Shown here: piece by piece, positions 1 through 12,000 of the stretch
Layout of the letters: every line of letters starts with the position of its first letter
How positions within the stretch are numbered: position 1 is the stretch's first letter
Assembly (NCBI RefSeq): GCF_006345805.1
Contig: NC_043005.1
Span: 93,744,001-93,808,000 of the forward strand
DNA length: 64,000 nt
From: Octopus sinensis
Taxonomy: Eukaryota
Direction of reading: 5' to 3'
The notes under the pieces: model-generated
Databases searched by the model: none
What the model saw: the letters and a program-made list of their open reading frames with translations, nothing else
Told to the model about the DNA's origin: nothing
Program-made: the position numbers and the translations under genes

Positions 1-316
1 AGTAGGGTGCTAAGAGCATCATCCGAGCATGATCGTTGCCAGAGCAGCTAACTGGCTTCCATGCCGGTGGCACATAAAAGGCACCATTCGAGCATGATCG
101 TTGCCAGCACTGCCTGACTGGCCCCCATGCCGGTGGAATGTAAAAGCACCCACTACACTCTCGGAGTGGTTGTTGTTAGGAAGGGCATCCAGCTGTAGTA
201 ACTCTGCCAGATCAAGATTGGAGCCTGGTGCAGCCATCTGGTTCGCCAGCCCTCAGTCAAATCGTCCAACCCATGCTAGCATGGAAAGCGGATGTTAAAC
301 GATGATGATGATGAAG
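1..316 (+). repeat. RTE-LINE-derived 3' UTR repeat with internal subrepeats and (GAT)n tail
   Basis: Ends ccaacccatgctagcatggaaagcggatgttaaacgatgatgatgatg; the family recurs through the window. Confidence 0.75.
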
Positions 317-346
317 ATCCTCTGTAAGACACAAAAACTGTTTTAA

Positions 347-1040
347 CCCCTTACCCAACAATTATTTTGAAAATAAATGTATTTTTTCAGACATATTTTT
401 TAATTGTTTTATTTTACTATGTTTTGAATGGTGATTTCGAGGTATATTTCAAACCTTATTTATTATGAATTTTAATTCAATAATATTGATTTTAAATTAC
501 CGCTTTGGGCAGAAACGAGTTAACCCGTTTTTTTCATAAATCATATTACTTTTACAAAAAATCATGTTATTTTATTTGGTTATCTTATTTTCCAAATTTA
601 GAATGAATGATCAAAACATGATTGTTTACTTCTGTTGATTTTATTACTTCAAAACTCTTCTGACGAACTTTCACTCTCATCAGATGTATCCAACCCTCCA
701 AGAGAAGCTTCATAATCGCTATCATCATCAGAGCTCGACAACGTAAAAACAAAGTGAATACTTCTATTCATAAAATGTGCCTTCCAACCCTTCGACTGTC
801 TCCAGGTGACTAAATCATACTCGGTCTTCAATGCCTTACTCAAGCGAAAGGTGGCAGAAATCGTCACTGCCAGACGTATAAAGTGAGCAAAATATACTCG
901 TATATGTCAAAAAAGAGTTTATAATAGACGAAGGAACTCGTTTGCTGTCGATTTTGGCGAGTCTATCTTTTGACGAGTTAACTCGCCAGAGATAGAAAAA
1001 AACGATTTCGGTCAAAACGCATATATTCGTTTCTGTCGGG
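347..1040 (-). mobile_element. Possible piggyBac-like non-autonomous relic
   Basis: TTAA|CCC at 343-349, subterminal repeats (acgagttaac at ~517 and ~974), short acidic SSSDDDSDYE ORF; far-end TIR and TSD are poor. Confidence 0.35.
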
Positions 1041-1343
1041 TTTGTATTGTTGTTTTTGCTGCTTCCTGGGAATTACCGGCTACGTCAGCTAGTAATATAT
1101 AGTAGGAAACGGTTGAGAATATTGGTTGTTAAGGGGAGGCGATTCTTGATTTTACAAGTAATATTTAGGCGTCTGTATGTATTTTTCAATTGGTTAAGAC
1201 AGTTTAATCAGTATTGTTTATGTATTATATTATGTAATATATATGTATTGATGGATGGGCTGTATCCATATCTATGCATGTGTAGCTACGAAAGGAACAC
1301 TTATCTGTTTTAGTTATATATATGTATATATTGTATATGATTA

Positions 1344-4300
1344 ATTGATTGATTGATTGATTCTAGTTTCAGCTTATGAGCTGTGGCCATGCTGGGGCAC
1401 TGCCATTTGGTGTTGCTACTTGGTTTTACTTCACGAAAGCTTTTTAGCAACTGCCATTTGGTGCATGAGAGAGTTCGATGCAGCTGCCCTCATCTGCACC
1501 TCCTGCCGGGAAGTTGGTTCATCTGGGACACCTGACAGGAAGAGATCCAGTTTCATTTTAAAGATATCTGCATCTATCCCATGCAGGTCTCTCAGGTTCT
1601 TCGGGAGGATATTGAAGAGCTGTGGGCCTCGGAAGCCCAGGCTATCACAGTATCTTGTCCTACATCTTGATGGCAAGTTTGGAGTCCTAGGCACCACGCA
1701 GTGGCGCCCAGTTCTGGCATTTGCGTAAATCTCGATGCCAAAGTTTAGGACACGTCCCTCCAGGATCTTCCAGATGTATATTATGGCATATCTTTCCCGC
1801 CTACGCTCCAAGGAATATAGTTTTAATCTCTTGAGTCTTTCCCAGTAGCTCACATTCTGCATAGAGGCTATCTTCTTCGTGTAGCTACGTTGGATCGCCT
1901 CGAGCTCTGTGATCAACTTGACACTGGATGGTGACCATAACTGAGAGCAGTAGTCAAAGTGGCTTAGGACAAGTGTCCTCCAGAGGACCATCATGGTTTC
2001 TTGTTCTCTTGTTCTGAAGGTTCTGAGGATCCATCCGGCCAGTCGTCTACATTTCATTGCCAATTTAGCAACATGTACACGAAAGGTTGCGTCATCACTC
2101 ATGTAAATACCTAGGTCATGCACTGATTGTGCCTCTGGGATTGCTATTCCTCCGGGTCCAGTGTATTCATTGGGTATTGCATTTAGTTTTGCATGCTGAT
2201 AGTATAAAGCTTGAAACTTTTCAGCATTGAACTGCATGCTATTCTTTTCAGCCCACTTGTATATTTTGTCCAGCTCACATTGCAGGCGTTTAGTGTCCTC
2301 AGGGTTCTGTATTGCCTGTGAAACTTTTGTATCATCTGCATAACTAGTGATCGTGGCTCTCTGCGTGGCTGAGGGCATGTCTGAGAGGGCCATTATGAAC
2401 AGTAGTGGTCCCAGAACAGTGCCCTGTGGAACACCGCTCACTATTTGCGTGTTAATGGAAGTGGCTACTACCACCTGACTTCTATCTTTCAGAAAGTCAT
2501 GAAGCCATTCTCCCAGTTTTCCAACTATGTTGAGATCACGCAGTTTGTGACATATCATTCCATGATCGACTTTATCAAAGGGCTTTGCAAAGTCGAGATA
2601 TATCACTTCCACATTTGAGTGGTTGAGCAGCCGTTTCAGCACCCAGTCATAGTGTTGTAGGAGCTGAGTTAAACAGCTTCTCCCTGGTCGGAAACCATGT
2701 TGGGTGTCGGGCAGCAAGTCATTCTCTTCAAGGAAGGTGATCAGTTTCCTTCTGACTATTCATTCCATGACCTTGCTGATGTGTGAGGTCAGAGAGATAG
2801 GTCTGTAGTTCTTGGCCTCCGCTCTGCTACCTCCTTTATGAATGGGGCATATTTTACCTTCCTTCAGTTTTCTTGGAAGTTTGCCAGCTGCAAGGAAGCT
2901 CTGAAAGAGGAACTGCAGTGGTCTTGCTAGGACTCTCTTACATACTTTTAGGAGGATTGCCGGGAATCCATCGGGGCCAGTAGCCGAGTCTGTTTTCATT
3001 TCATCTATAGCCTTGATTACATCGTCTTCCTTTATATCGATGTAATCTATCGTCGCCGCCTCTGATTTTATATCTGCAGTGGTAAAGAAGTCAGTTGGAT
3101 TGGTGATTTGGAGATGCCCAAGGGTTGGAGTGAAAACACTCTTGAATTGCTCATTCAGTATTTCACTTACCCTCATCGGTTTTCCTGTAAGTGTGCCATC
3201 CTTTTCAAGGAGTGGCCCTATTCTACAGTGCACCGTAGCTGTTTCTTTGGCATACCTGTAGAAAGCTCTGGGGTTAGATTTTATGTTGTCTATAGCCCAG
3301 GCTTCTTTGTCTGCTCTTTCTTTTTCATGGGAGAGTTGCAGACATTTTTCAATTTCCAACAGTTTTATTTTTAGGCGGGACTTTTCACTGCTTTCAATCT
3401 GTTTGTTTAGGCGATTTGAAATTTTTGTACGCCGTCTCATTAAAATTTTCCTCTCTCTGGGGATTTTGTTCTTGTGTACAGTGGCCTTTCTCTCTGGACG
3501 CATTTGTAGCATATGGCTTGCATTACAGACATGAATTGTTGAAGTTTCACGTCGATGTCTGGCGAGGAGAGACATTTAGGCCAGTTTTGTTTGAGGATCT
3601 CTTTCTCAATTTGTTTCCAGTTTGCCTTATGGTAGTTCAAGCTGGAAAGATTCTGAGGGTTTCTTGTAGGCTGCATGTCCGTGCTCTCTTTTGGCCCGTA
3701 CATGGTCAGCTCTATCATGTTGTGATCTGAGAGTAGTGTCGGTGTCACTTTCACATTATGGATGAGATCCATGTCATTTGTGAAGCAGAGATCCAGTGTG
3801 TTACCTGCCCTGGTTGGTTGGAGTATTACCTGCTCCATGTACAGGGTGTTGATGAGGTTCAGGAGGGACCTCGCCTGTCCTCGTTCACATCTTGTCATTC
3901 CTGGGAGAGAAAGGCCCTCGGGCCATCTGACATTGGGTAGATTGAAATCTCCCATAAGAAGTACACTTATGTGTTGTTCTAATGTGATTAGAACTTCTTC
4001 TGTTTTTATAAGGCAGTCTTCAAACTTGCCCACATGGCTTGGGGCAATTGGAGGGTGATATGTAGCACACACAACTACATCAAGTTGCCTTATATGTACA
4101 ATTAGTGTGTCACACACCGAGTTTGAGTATGACAGAAGGACCTGGGGTGTGAGGTCCTCACGGATGTACATAGCAGCTCCTCCATGACTCCTTTCTTTTC
4201 TGTCGGTCCGTTGTACAACATACTGTGGTATGTGTAACTCCGCATCTGCTATGTCCGGTTTCAGGTGCGTTTCCGTAAGTGCTATGCATAAGGCTTGATT

Positions 4301-5127
4301 GCATGCAACAAAGTCTCTCAAGAACGGGATTTTTGTCCTGTTACTGAGTGTTTGCAGCCCTCTGATGTTCAGTACGAGCATCGAGGTGAGGTGTATGTTG
4401 TTGCCGGCGGTGTCCATCCTGGGTCTGTTTGCTGTGGTGGTCTTGTATATAGTGGGTAGTCCCATCTGTGGGCTTGGGTTTGATGAAGCCAGGTCAGCTG
4501 CTGTACAATCTTTTGTGCCATGCACAAAAAAGATTGCTGCCCTTTCGGCAACATCATGTTGGCGGTTTGTGGCACGCACAACATCTGCGTACCTCCGCTT
4601 TGGGGCAGGTGGTGCGTGGTCCATCCCTTTTCTTTGTGTTGATGGTTTGTCCATCTGCCTCGTGTCTCTGTGGCAGGGTCCCCGATGTGCAAAGCGGCAG
4701 CCTGCACCTTCCTTTCCATGCCAGCAGGTACCTCTCAGGTAGAACCTACACACCCGTGTGCGCTGTTTGTTTCCATCCTTTGCGGTTCCACTTCTATTCC
4801 TGGTTGTTTCACCCCTTGGTCCTGCTTGAGCTTTTCCTTTATCTCTTTCAGTCCTTCTTTTAGTTCTTCCTCCCCCCTCTACCCCTTCACCGGGTTCTCC
4901 GTCTCCATGGCCCTTACTGCCGGATGGAGAACTTGCACCTGGGTTCACTTCCCGGGCAGGTTTCTCACTCAAAACCTCCTCCCGGGCGTCCACCAGGTGG
5001 GGGTGACTTCTTTCATCGTCTCCATTCTTGCCATCTTTGCCCCGCTCGTTCTCAAAGATGGCATCAAGTGCGCCAATGTGCGACCGTACAAGCGCATAGG
5101 AGCGCACGAATTCCCGTCTCTTTCGCT
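1344..5127 (-). mobile_element. Near full-length CR1-group LINE: ORF1 with CCCH zinc finger (4685-4750), APE endonuclease, RT; (AATC)n tail
   Basis: ORFs 3440-5107, 2760-3575 and 1431-2717 give APE motifs (NIRGL, ETHL, GGAAMY, GDFN) and RT motifs (QHGFRPGRSC, DFAKPFD, GVPQG, YADD); a frameshift near 3496 and a TGA at 2760-2762; tandem tail at 1344-1362. Confidence 0.93.
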
Positions 5128-5976
5128 ATATATATAATATATATTTTTATGTGAATGATAATAAATAAAGTGACTTATATAGTTTTTCAGATAACATGAA
5201 AGAGGGGTGGTGAAATGGAAGATGGAATCTAGAAAAATATTGTGTATATATATGCATATGCATGTATATCATGCCATGCCTATTGTCACACATATAGGTA
5301 CTTGTAAATCAACATATGTGCATACACGGATGTATTTGTATATACACAAACAGCCATATAGATACAGATGCACACACACACACACACACACATGTACAGT
5401 TATAGAAAGAAAAATAAGGATGTACCTATATAAGAGTAAAAAGTGAATAGTTAGTTGTTATATAAGGAGAGTGTTTAAAAATAATAAAATGAATATACAG
5501 TACTGTTTCTACTCCACAGATTTTCATCTATTGCCGAGGGAGGTGGTGTTGGAACGTAACACCTGTGATAGTTGAGGGATTACTTATATATATATATATA
5601 TATTTGTATGAATATAAAATTATAAATTGATAGAATTTATTGGAAATTGTTATTTAACAATTGTATTGCAGCTTCATAAAAATGTGTGGATAATTTATCT
5701 ATACATGTTTATTAAGCTCTAATTAATTGTCAGGAATTTCTAGTGGTTAAATAAATTTTATCAGAGTATATTTCTCTATTTATAATTTTATACACTTCTT
5801 GTGTTTTCCTCTTGTATTGTACTCCATATTCTATGTGTTTTGTAGAATAAAACATTAAAGAACTTTTTTTTCAGTGTACCACTGGATTGGTTGAATCTGT
5901 ACATTGTGACTTAATTTTATATATATATATATATATCAAATGTGCCCGGTTTTAAGGTTTGTTATTCATTTTCTAG

Positions 5977-6050
5977 GATTTATTTGCCCTGTTCACACCC
6001 CAGATGGTGCACCCTGTGGTTTACTGAATCATTTGACCATTGGATGCCAG
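5977..6050 (+). CDS. POLR1B: POLR1B exon ([25 protein letters not shown])
   Basis: ttctag acceptor, gtacct donor, conserved RPB2-family motif. Confidence 0.95.
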
Positions 6051-9000
6051 GTACCTTTCTCTTTTAATATTTGTTTACATCCATTTAAAAAAAAATCTAT
6101 ATACAAACTAAATCCAGGGTTTATTTTGCGATTTTTAGATTTGGAGAAATAATTCCGAATGGAAAAGACTTCATTACAATGTTATGTTAGTTAAGTTAAT
6201 TTTTTGGCTCAAAAAGCAAAAAGCAAGGCCATGTAGGGGGACATGGAGTTATGTACAGGGAGGGTGTTCATGCAAAGAGTTCAGGCCATTTTTGGTCAAG
6301 AGAGACTTTGAACCGAGCGGTCGTCGGCATCTTCACCATCTCATCCGGCAGCTTATTCCACGGATCTGTAACCCGAACAGAGAAGGCCTCTCTCCTTCGA
6401 TTGAGATGAAATCGTCGCAGATAGAGCTTTTCGGAGTGACCCCACAGCCGACGCCCTGGAGCAGGAGTGAAGAACAGCTCTTTCAAGAGGTTACACTTTC
6501 TGCTTATGATGTTGTGAGCAAGAATGAGATCACCATGTCGTCGTCGTTTTTCTAGAGAATAAAGGTCGAGCGTCTTCTGCCTTTCTTCATAAGACAAATG
6601 CTTGAGACCAAGAACCATGCGGGTAGCCAGCTTCTGGACTCTTTCGAGATGCTGTATGTCTTTGAGGAGATAAGGAGAAGAGGCTTGAATCCCGTACTCC
6701 AATATGGGTCTCACCAGCGTGACATAGAGCGGTAGGAATATGGCTGCTGTGAGCATTACGAATGACCGTCGAATCAAAAACAGAACTCCGCGTGCTTTGT
6801 TGGCAGTATGGACGCACTGGGCCGAAGGCGAAAAGGAAGAATCCACCAAGATACCCAGGTCCTTTACCTGGTCGGTCCTCTCCAGCAGCAGACAACCCGG
6901 CTCGAAATCAAGTTGAGTTGCAGGGGAAGAGCCAACAGGCAGATGGCAGCACTTTGACACGTTCAGGCACAGGTCCCATTCGTTAGACCATCTCCAAACT
7001 AGGTGGAGGCATCGACAAAGATCATCTATATCACCGCGAGGAGCGACCTGTTTGACATCGTCGGCAAATAGAAGGGTGTGTTGCGTGAGGTCGTCGGGCA
7101 AGTCATTGATGAAGACTAAAAACAATAACGGCCCAAGCACTGAACCTTGAGGCACGCCACTGCTCGCACTGGAGACGTCGGACAGCGAACCATTAACTTG
7201 GACTTGGAAGGAGCAATCTGAGAGGAAGGCACCAACCCATCGTACAATATCCGGATGGAAACTATATGCTTGAAGCTTGACAAGTAATAGGCGGTGGTTT
7301 ACCAAGTCAAAAGCTTTGGCAAAGTCCAATAAAACGATGTCAACAGCATCACCATCATCGAGGATACGCGTCACCAATTCTTCCATTACCAGTAAGTTGG
7401 TCAAGCATGATCTCTTCAGCACAAAGCCGTGTTGGGAATCAGAGATAGAGGCTGTGTCTTGGAGGTGAAGCAACATACTTTAGAAGTGTTAAAGGTTCGC
7501 AGATGACCGGAGCCAACACTTTGATAACTTGTGGGTGTATGCCGTCAGGGCCATGACCCTTGTTGACATCGAGTCCTTGAATAATGCATTCGACTTCGTC
7601 CCGCGTGATGACCAATCTAGGCATTGGAGGTACCGATCTATCAAATGGAGGGGGTTCACGACCATCATCTTGTTTGAAAATAGTTGAAAAAGCCTCAGCA
7701 AATAACTGACTCTGCTGATAAGGGTCCAGAAGTGTGGAAGCCTCGGTTAGAATTTCAAGATTGATTGCAGAGAAGACTACGTGGCAGCGAAGTAGTCGTG
7801 GGCGTAGAAAAAGTTGTGTGCATGTCGAACTTCAGGACCGCATGATCACTCTTGGCAAGAGGGGTGCACACAGATAAGCCTGACACTGATCTTGGATTGC
7901 GGGAGAATACCAGATCCAGCATAGATGGCTGCTGCCCAGACCGATGCCTTCTTGGGTATTCAACATGTTGCAATAGAAAATAATCTTCAGCCACGTCAGG
8001 CCTGGCCGAATCGGGAAGATGATGTACAAATTGATGCGGGCCAGTCGATCATGGGAGCTTTGAAGTCTCCTAATATCAAACAGTCATGAGAAGCTGAAAT
8101 GAATCTTATCGCTTCGAGTAAATGAGCATCGTCCTGGGGGTCGGCAAGAGGCGGCCTGTAGACAGCTAACATGGGCAGGCAAAACCCGGATAGGCTCAGC
8201 TTGCAATAGACGGCATCGAATTTTGTTGTAGGTTGAGCATTAGTGGGTAGAATACCGCTGGACAGTTTGAGATCAGATTTAACATACACAGCAACACCTC
8301 CACTTCGCCTTTTTTCTCTGTCACATCTGAAGAGGGCGTAGCCCTGTAGGTGGATTTCCGAGTCCTTTACTGCTGGAGTCAGCCAAGTCTTGGTGATAGC
8401 TATCACATCTGGGGAATCACGCATGGCCAGTGTAAATAATTCGCTGAACTTTGGAAATAAGGAGCACGAGTTGGTATAGACGATGCTGAGCTGTGAAGTT
8501 TGAGGGGCGGGAATTAGGGAACAAGCAGAATAAAGGGTATCAGAGATAGCATCGTTGTCGGGGGTATCTACTTTACTTTGATTCGCCCTCAGTTCACTTT
8601 CCCTGTCAGCACTACAGCATGCGACCAGAGGTAGGACTTGATTAGTTGTCCATCTTGGATGCATAAACCCTTCTCTTCCATCTGTTTTCTCATCTTCAGT
8701 TCGGATATTAGGTTTCTCCGGCGAATTCTCTCTCTCAGTGAGTATTCCTCGTGAAAACCCATATTGGGTCCTCCCAGGCATGCTTCTGAGCTCTGTTCAG
8801 AAAGGTTGAAGCCTCCTGATCGGAAGAAAAGATTACTCTTATTGGGCGTGGTCTAGTGTCTGAGGTTGAGTTCACTTGGAATCTTCCTAGCCGAGCGACC
8901 TTGTGGATACTGACATTTTCGTTGACAGAGAACAATTCTCCAACTAAAACGGAAACAAAATTTATGTCATCTTTTAGGCGGTTTGTGCCTGTATCACAGG

Positions 9001-12000
9001 TGGATTCAGCTTTACCATAAATGATTGCTGATCTTGACTGGGCAAAATGGTCTTTCTGTTCTCTACTGTGAACTGTGGCATTCGATTCTTCATCGGATAA
9101 TTTAGAAAGGGCGGTTCCGTAGCCATCAAACTTATGTAGGCCTTTGGGGTCGATCGGAATGGGTTTAGTGGTCATAACTTTCCCGCCTGGCTTGGAACTG
9201 CACTGCCTCTTGTTCGTTTTGGAGGAGCACCACTCCCCAGATGACCTCACATCAAGATCATTCAGAATTGGATGAGCAATGGCATTGATGGGAAGGACAA
9301 ATGAGGGAGAATCCAAACAGATTTTATCTTGAGCAGGTTTCACAGCTAAATCTGCCCCACTGGAGTTTTGACTACGTTTCTTCTTTTTGGGAGAACAACG
9401 GTCTTCAGGTGGGTTTGAGTCTACGCTCCTCAATTCAGGTTGGGGAACCCCCGGGACCGAAATGGCAGATGAGGAAGAATCTGCACAGATACAATCATGA
9501 GTGGAAGTGACCGCCGGTTCCTTCGCCTTCTTTGGCCGCTTCGATTATGATCCCTTCAGTTTTGACGTCTTTAGGGAAGAAATCAAGGGTGGCTCTGCGT
9601 CAATAGGAGACTTCGAATGGGATTCAGCCTGTTTATTCAGTAAATGAGCAACAACAGACTTTAGGTGCTTGACCTCTTGTTTGAGCAACAGCAACTGCTC
9701 TTTGAGATGTCTGTTAGTAAGACCATCTTCCTGATTTCAGGGCCCCCATGTGAAAGCCTGATATCACCGATCGCCTCACCAACTGAATTCTCCAAAATAT
9801 GATCAGCAGAGCGAGCCCTTTTCGCAGATCTCAGTTTCGATTTGTAGGTAGCTGAGCCAGGCTTGGACAACATGATAGATGGTTGACAAAAACAATCTTC
9901 TATAGCTGCCAGGGGCTCTTGGACAAATCTGAGTTAAAAGCAGGAACAAAAACAGCTGCAATCCTTGTAGGCGTAGGCAACCGCAGACAAAATCTGAGAA
10001 AGTTTGGGCTGAACCGAATCACAATCCAAGACTGAAAGCAGACTGTGAAACGAGTCAGGAACCCTTCTTCGTTATCTGTAAGTAGCTTTAGGATAAGGAA
10101 TAGTAGGTCCAACTTTAGAATATTGATATGCATGTAAAATGCTCCACACAGTTAAATATCATTTGTTGTGCCATTTAGTAACTCAATATTTGCGCCTGCG
10201 TATGTTTGTATATGTGTGAATAAATGTGTTTATGTGCGAGAAGGCTCATGTTTTTGTCTTTCGTTAATTTAATTTAATTATTTCTCACGTTTTTCCCTTT
10301 TAAAATATTTTTTAAAAGTAATTTATACGCTGGAGAGGGCGCTGAAGGTTTGTTTTTACTGTAAATTCTCTTTTCTCCCAACAAAGAAAAAAAGAGAGGG
10401 ATTTTTCATTGGTGCCACCGGTATAATTCAGACACAGGAAAAAACATCTCGATGTCACCGTTAACTTGTATGTTTCTAATTGTAGCAGTAGTGGTTATTT
10501 CTGATAGCAGCAGTGGTAGTAGCTGTAGCAGCAACTACTACTTTTTATAAAGTGGGATGAAGTCCGATCGGTCAAAAAGAGTTCAAATGTCTACTATATT
10601 GTTGATGGAACTTGCGAACAGTGACCTTGACTTTGAGAAAAATCAAGGAGGGGCTGACTATGAACAGTATTTGTGAATAGAGTCAAGTACAATCAGAGAG
10701 AATCTATAATTAGCATCATTTTTTTCCTTCTTTTTCTCCACGTGTTTATTTCCGTGATTGCAATAAAAAGTATGTTTGCATATTTTGGATAGTCAAGAAG
10801 AAAATTAAGGTTAGCAGGTGCTTACTTTCATAATTTTAACGTGCATTTAATTGTGTTGTTACAATAAAAGGCATTTTTACATATTCTGATAGTCAAGGAA
10901 GAGGGGACGACAAAATGTTCACACAAAATTAGAGATATTTATGTTTCTAGGATTTTTTGTTAGGTGTTCGTTTGTTTGTCCAAAACTGTAAATTTGTAAG
11001 TCCTTAACTTATTTTGAGGGAAATTCAAACTAAGTAGATCTTCCAGGTTTTTTACAGTTGTTTATCAGTAGTCCTGCTGGGTTGTATTTGTGTTTCTGTG
11101 TCTTCAGCTGCTGACAGGTTGGAGCAGCAAAAAACACTATCTACATGTTTGTAAGAAAGGGGAGGTTTACAATGTGTTTATATGATTTTACAATACTTGC
11201 CTATGCTGTCTTCATACTTATTTGGTAGTTGGGAACTGTATGAAACTAGTCATACATACATACAATACGTCTTCAGCAGCATTCCAGTGCCTGCTTTTCA
11301 TGCTTGCATGGGTTGGACAGATTTCATTGGGGCATATTTTCTGTGACTGGATACTCTTCCTGTAACCAACCCTTGCAAAGCTAATATTTTCCCAAATATT
11401 GGACATGTCTTCCTTGAAGGCTGAAAATGAAGGACAGTGCTTATATGACTACTGTCAAGACAAGGAGATGCAAACACACATACCAGGCTTCTCTCAGTTC
11501 CTCTCTGTCACTCTGCTGCTCTCTTGGTTTTGGTCAACCCAAGGCTAAAAGAAAACACTTCTGTAAGGTTCAGTACTGTAGGACTGAACCTGAAACTGTG
11601 GTTGGAAAGTGAACTTCTTAAGCAAGGCAACCATATCTGGACCTGTATGTGTTTGGAGTGGCGGTCATTACAGTGCTGGATTGCTTTGTAGTTTATTCTT
11701 CCAGCTCTCTGCACTCTGACTTCAAATCCTACCAGAGTCAACTTTGTCCTTCTTCCTGCTGAGATTGACAAAAAAGTTCCAACCCAAGGCGGATTGGTAG
11801 AACTATAAGTACCTAGGACTAGATACCTTGTGTTGTTTGTTCCAGTTATATGTGTTCAAAATTCTCCACTGACATCCTATAAAGGAATATGAATGGACAA
11901 CTCAATTTGTGCTACACATATTTCCATAGCATGGCTGTTTATTCATCAATGCTGAATATTACATAATATACCAGTCTGCAAGAAGAAAAGTTTGCAAAAA

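Noticed and set aside
1-160. Repeat-spacer-like pattern (also at 38830-39100) as a CRISPR array
   Set aside because: Units are degenerate, lack unique spacers, lie inside a eukaryotic RTE 3' UTR, and no cas genes are present
3079-5154. Multiple plus-strand ORFs overlapping the first LINE (likewise over the second LINE and the Gypsy)
   Set aside because: Antisense shadows of GC-richer transposon coding sequence, with no independent motifs
5515-5580. Possible upstream POLR1B exon after ctccacag
   Set aside because: No frame yields the expected RRLLPESW-type sequence; the preceding exon must lie before the window
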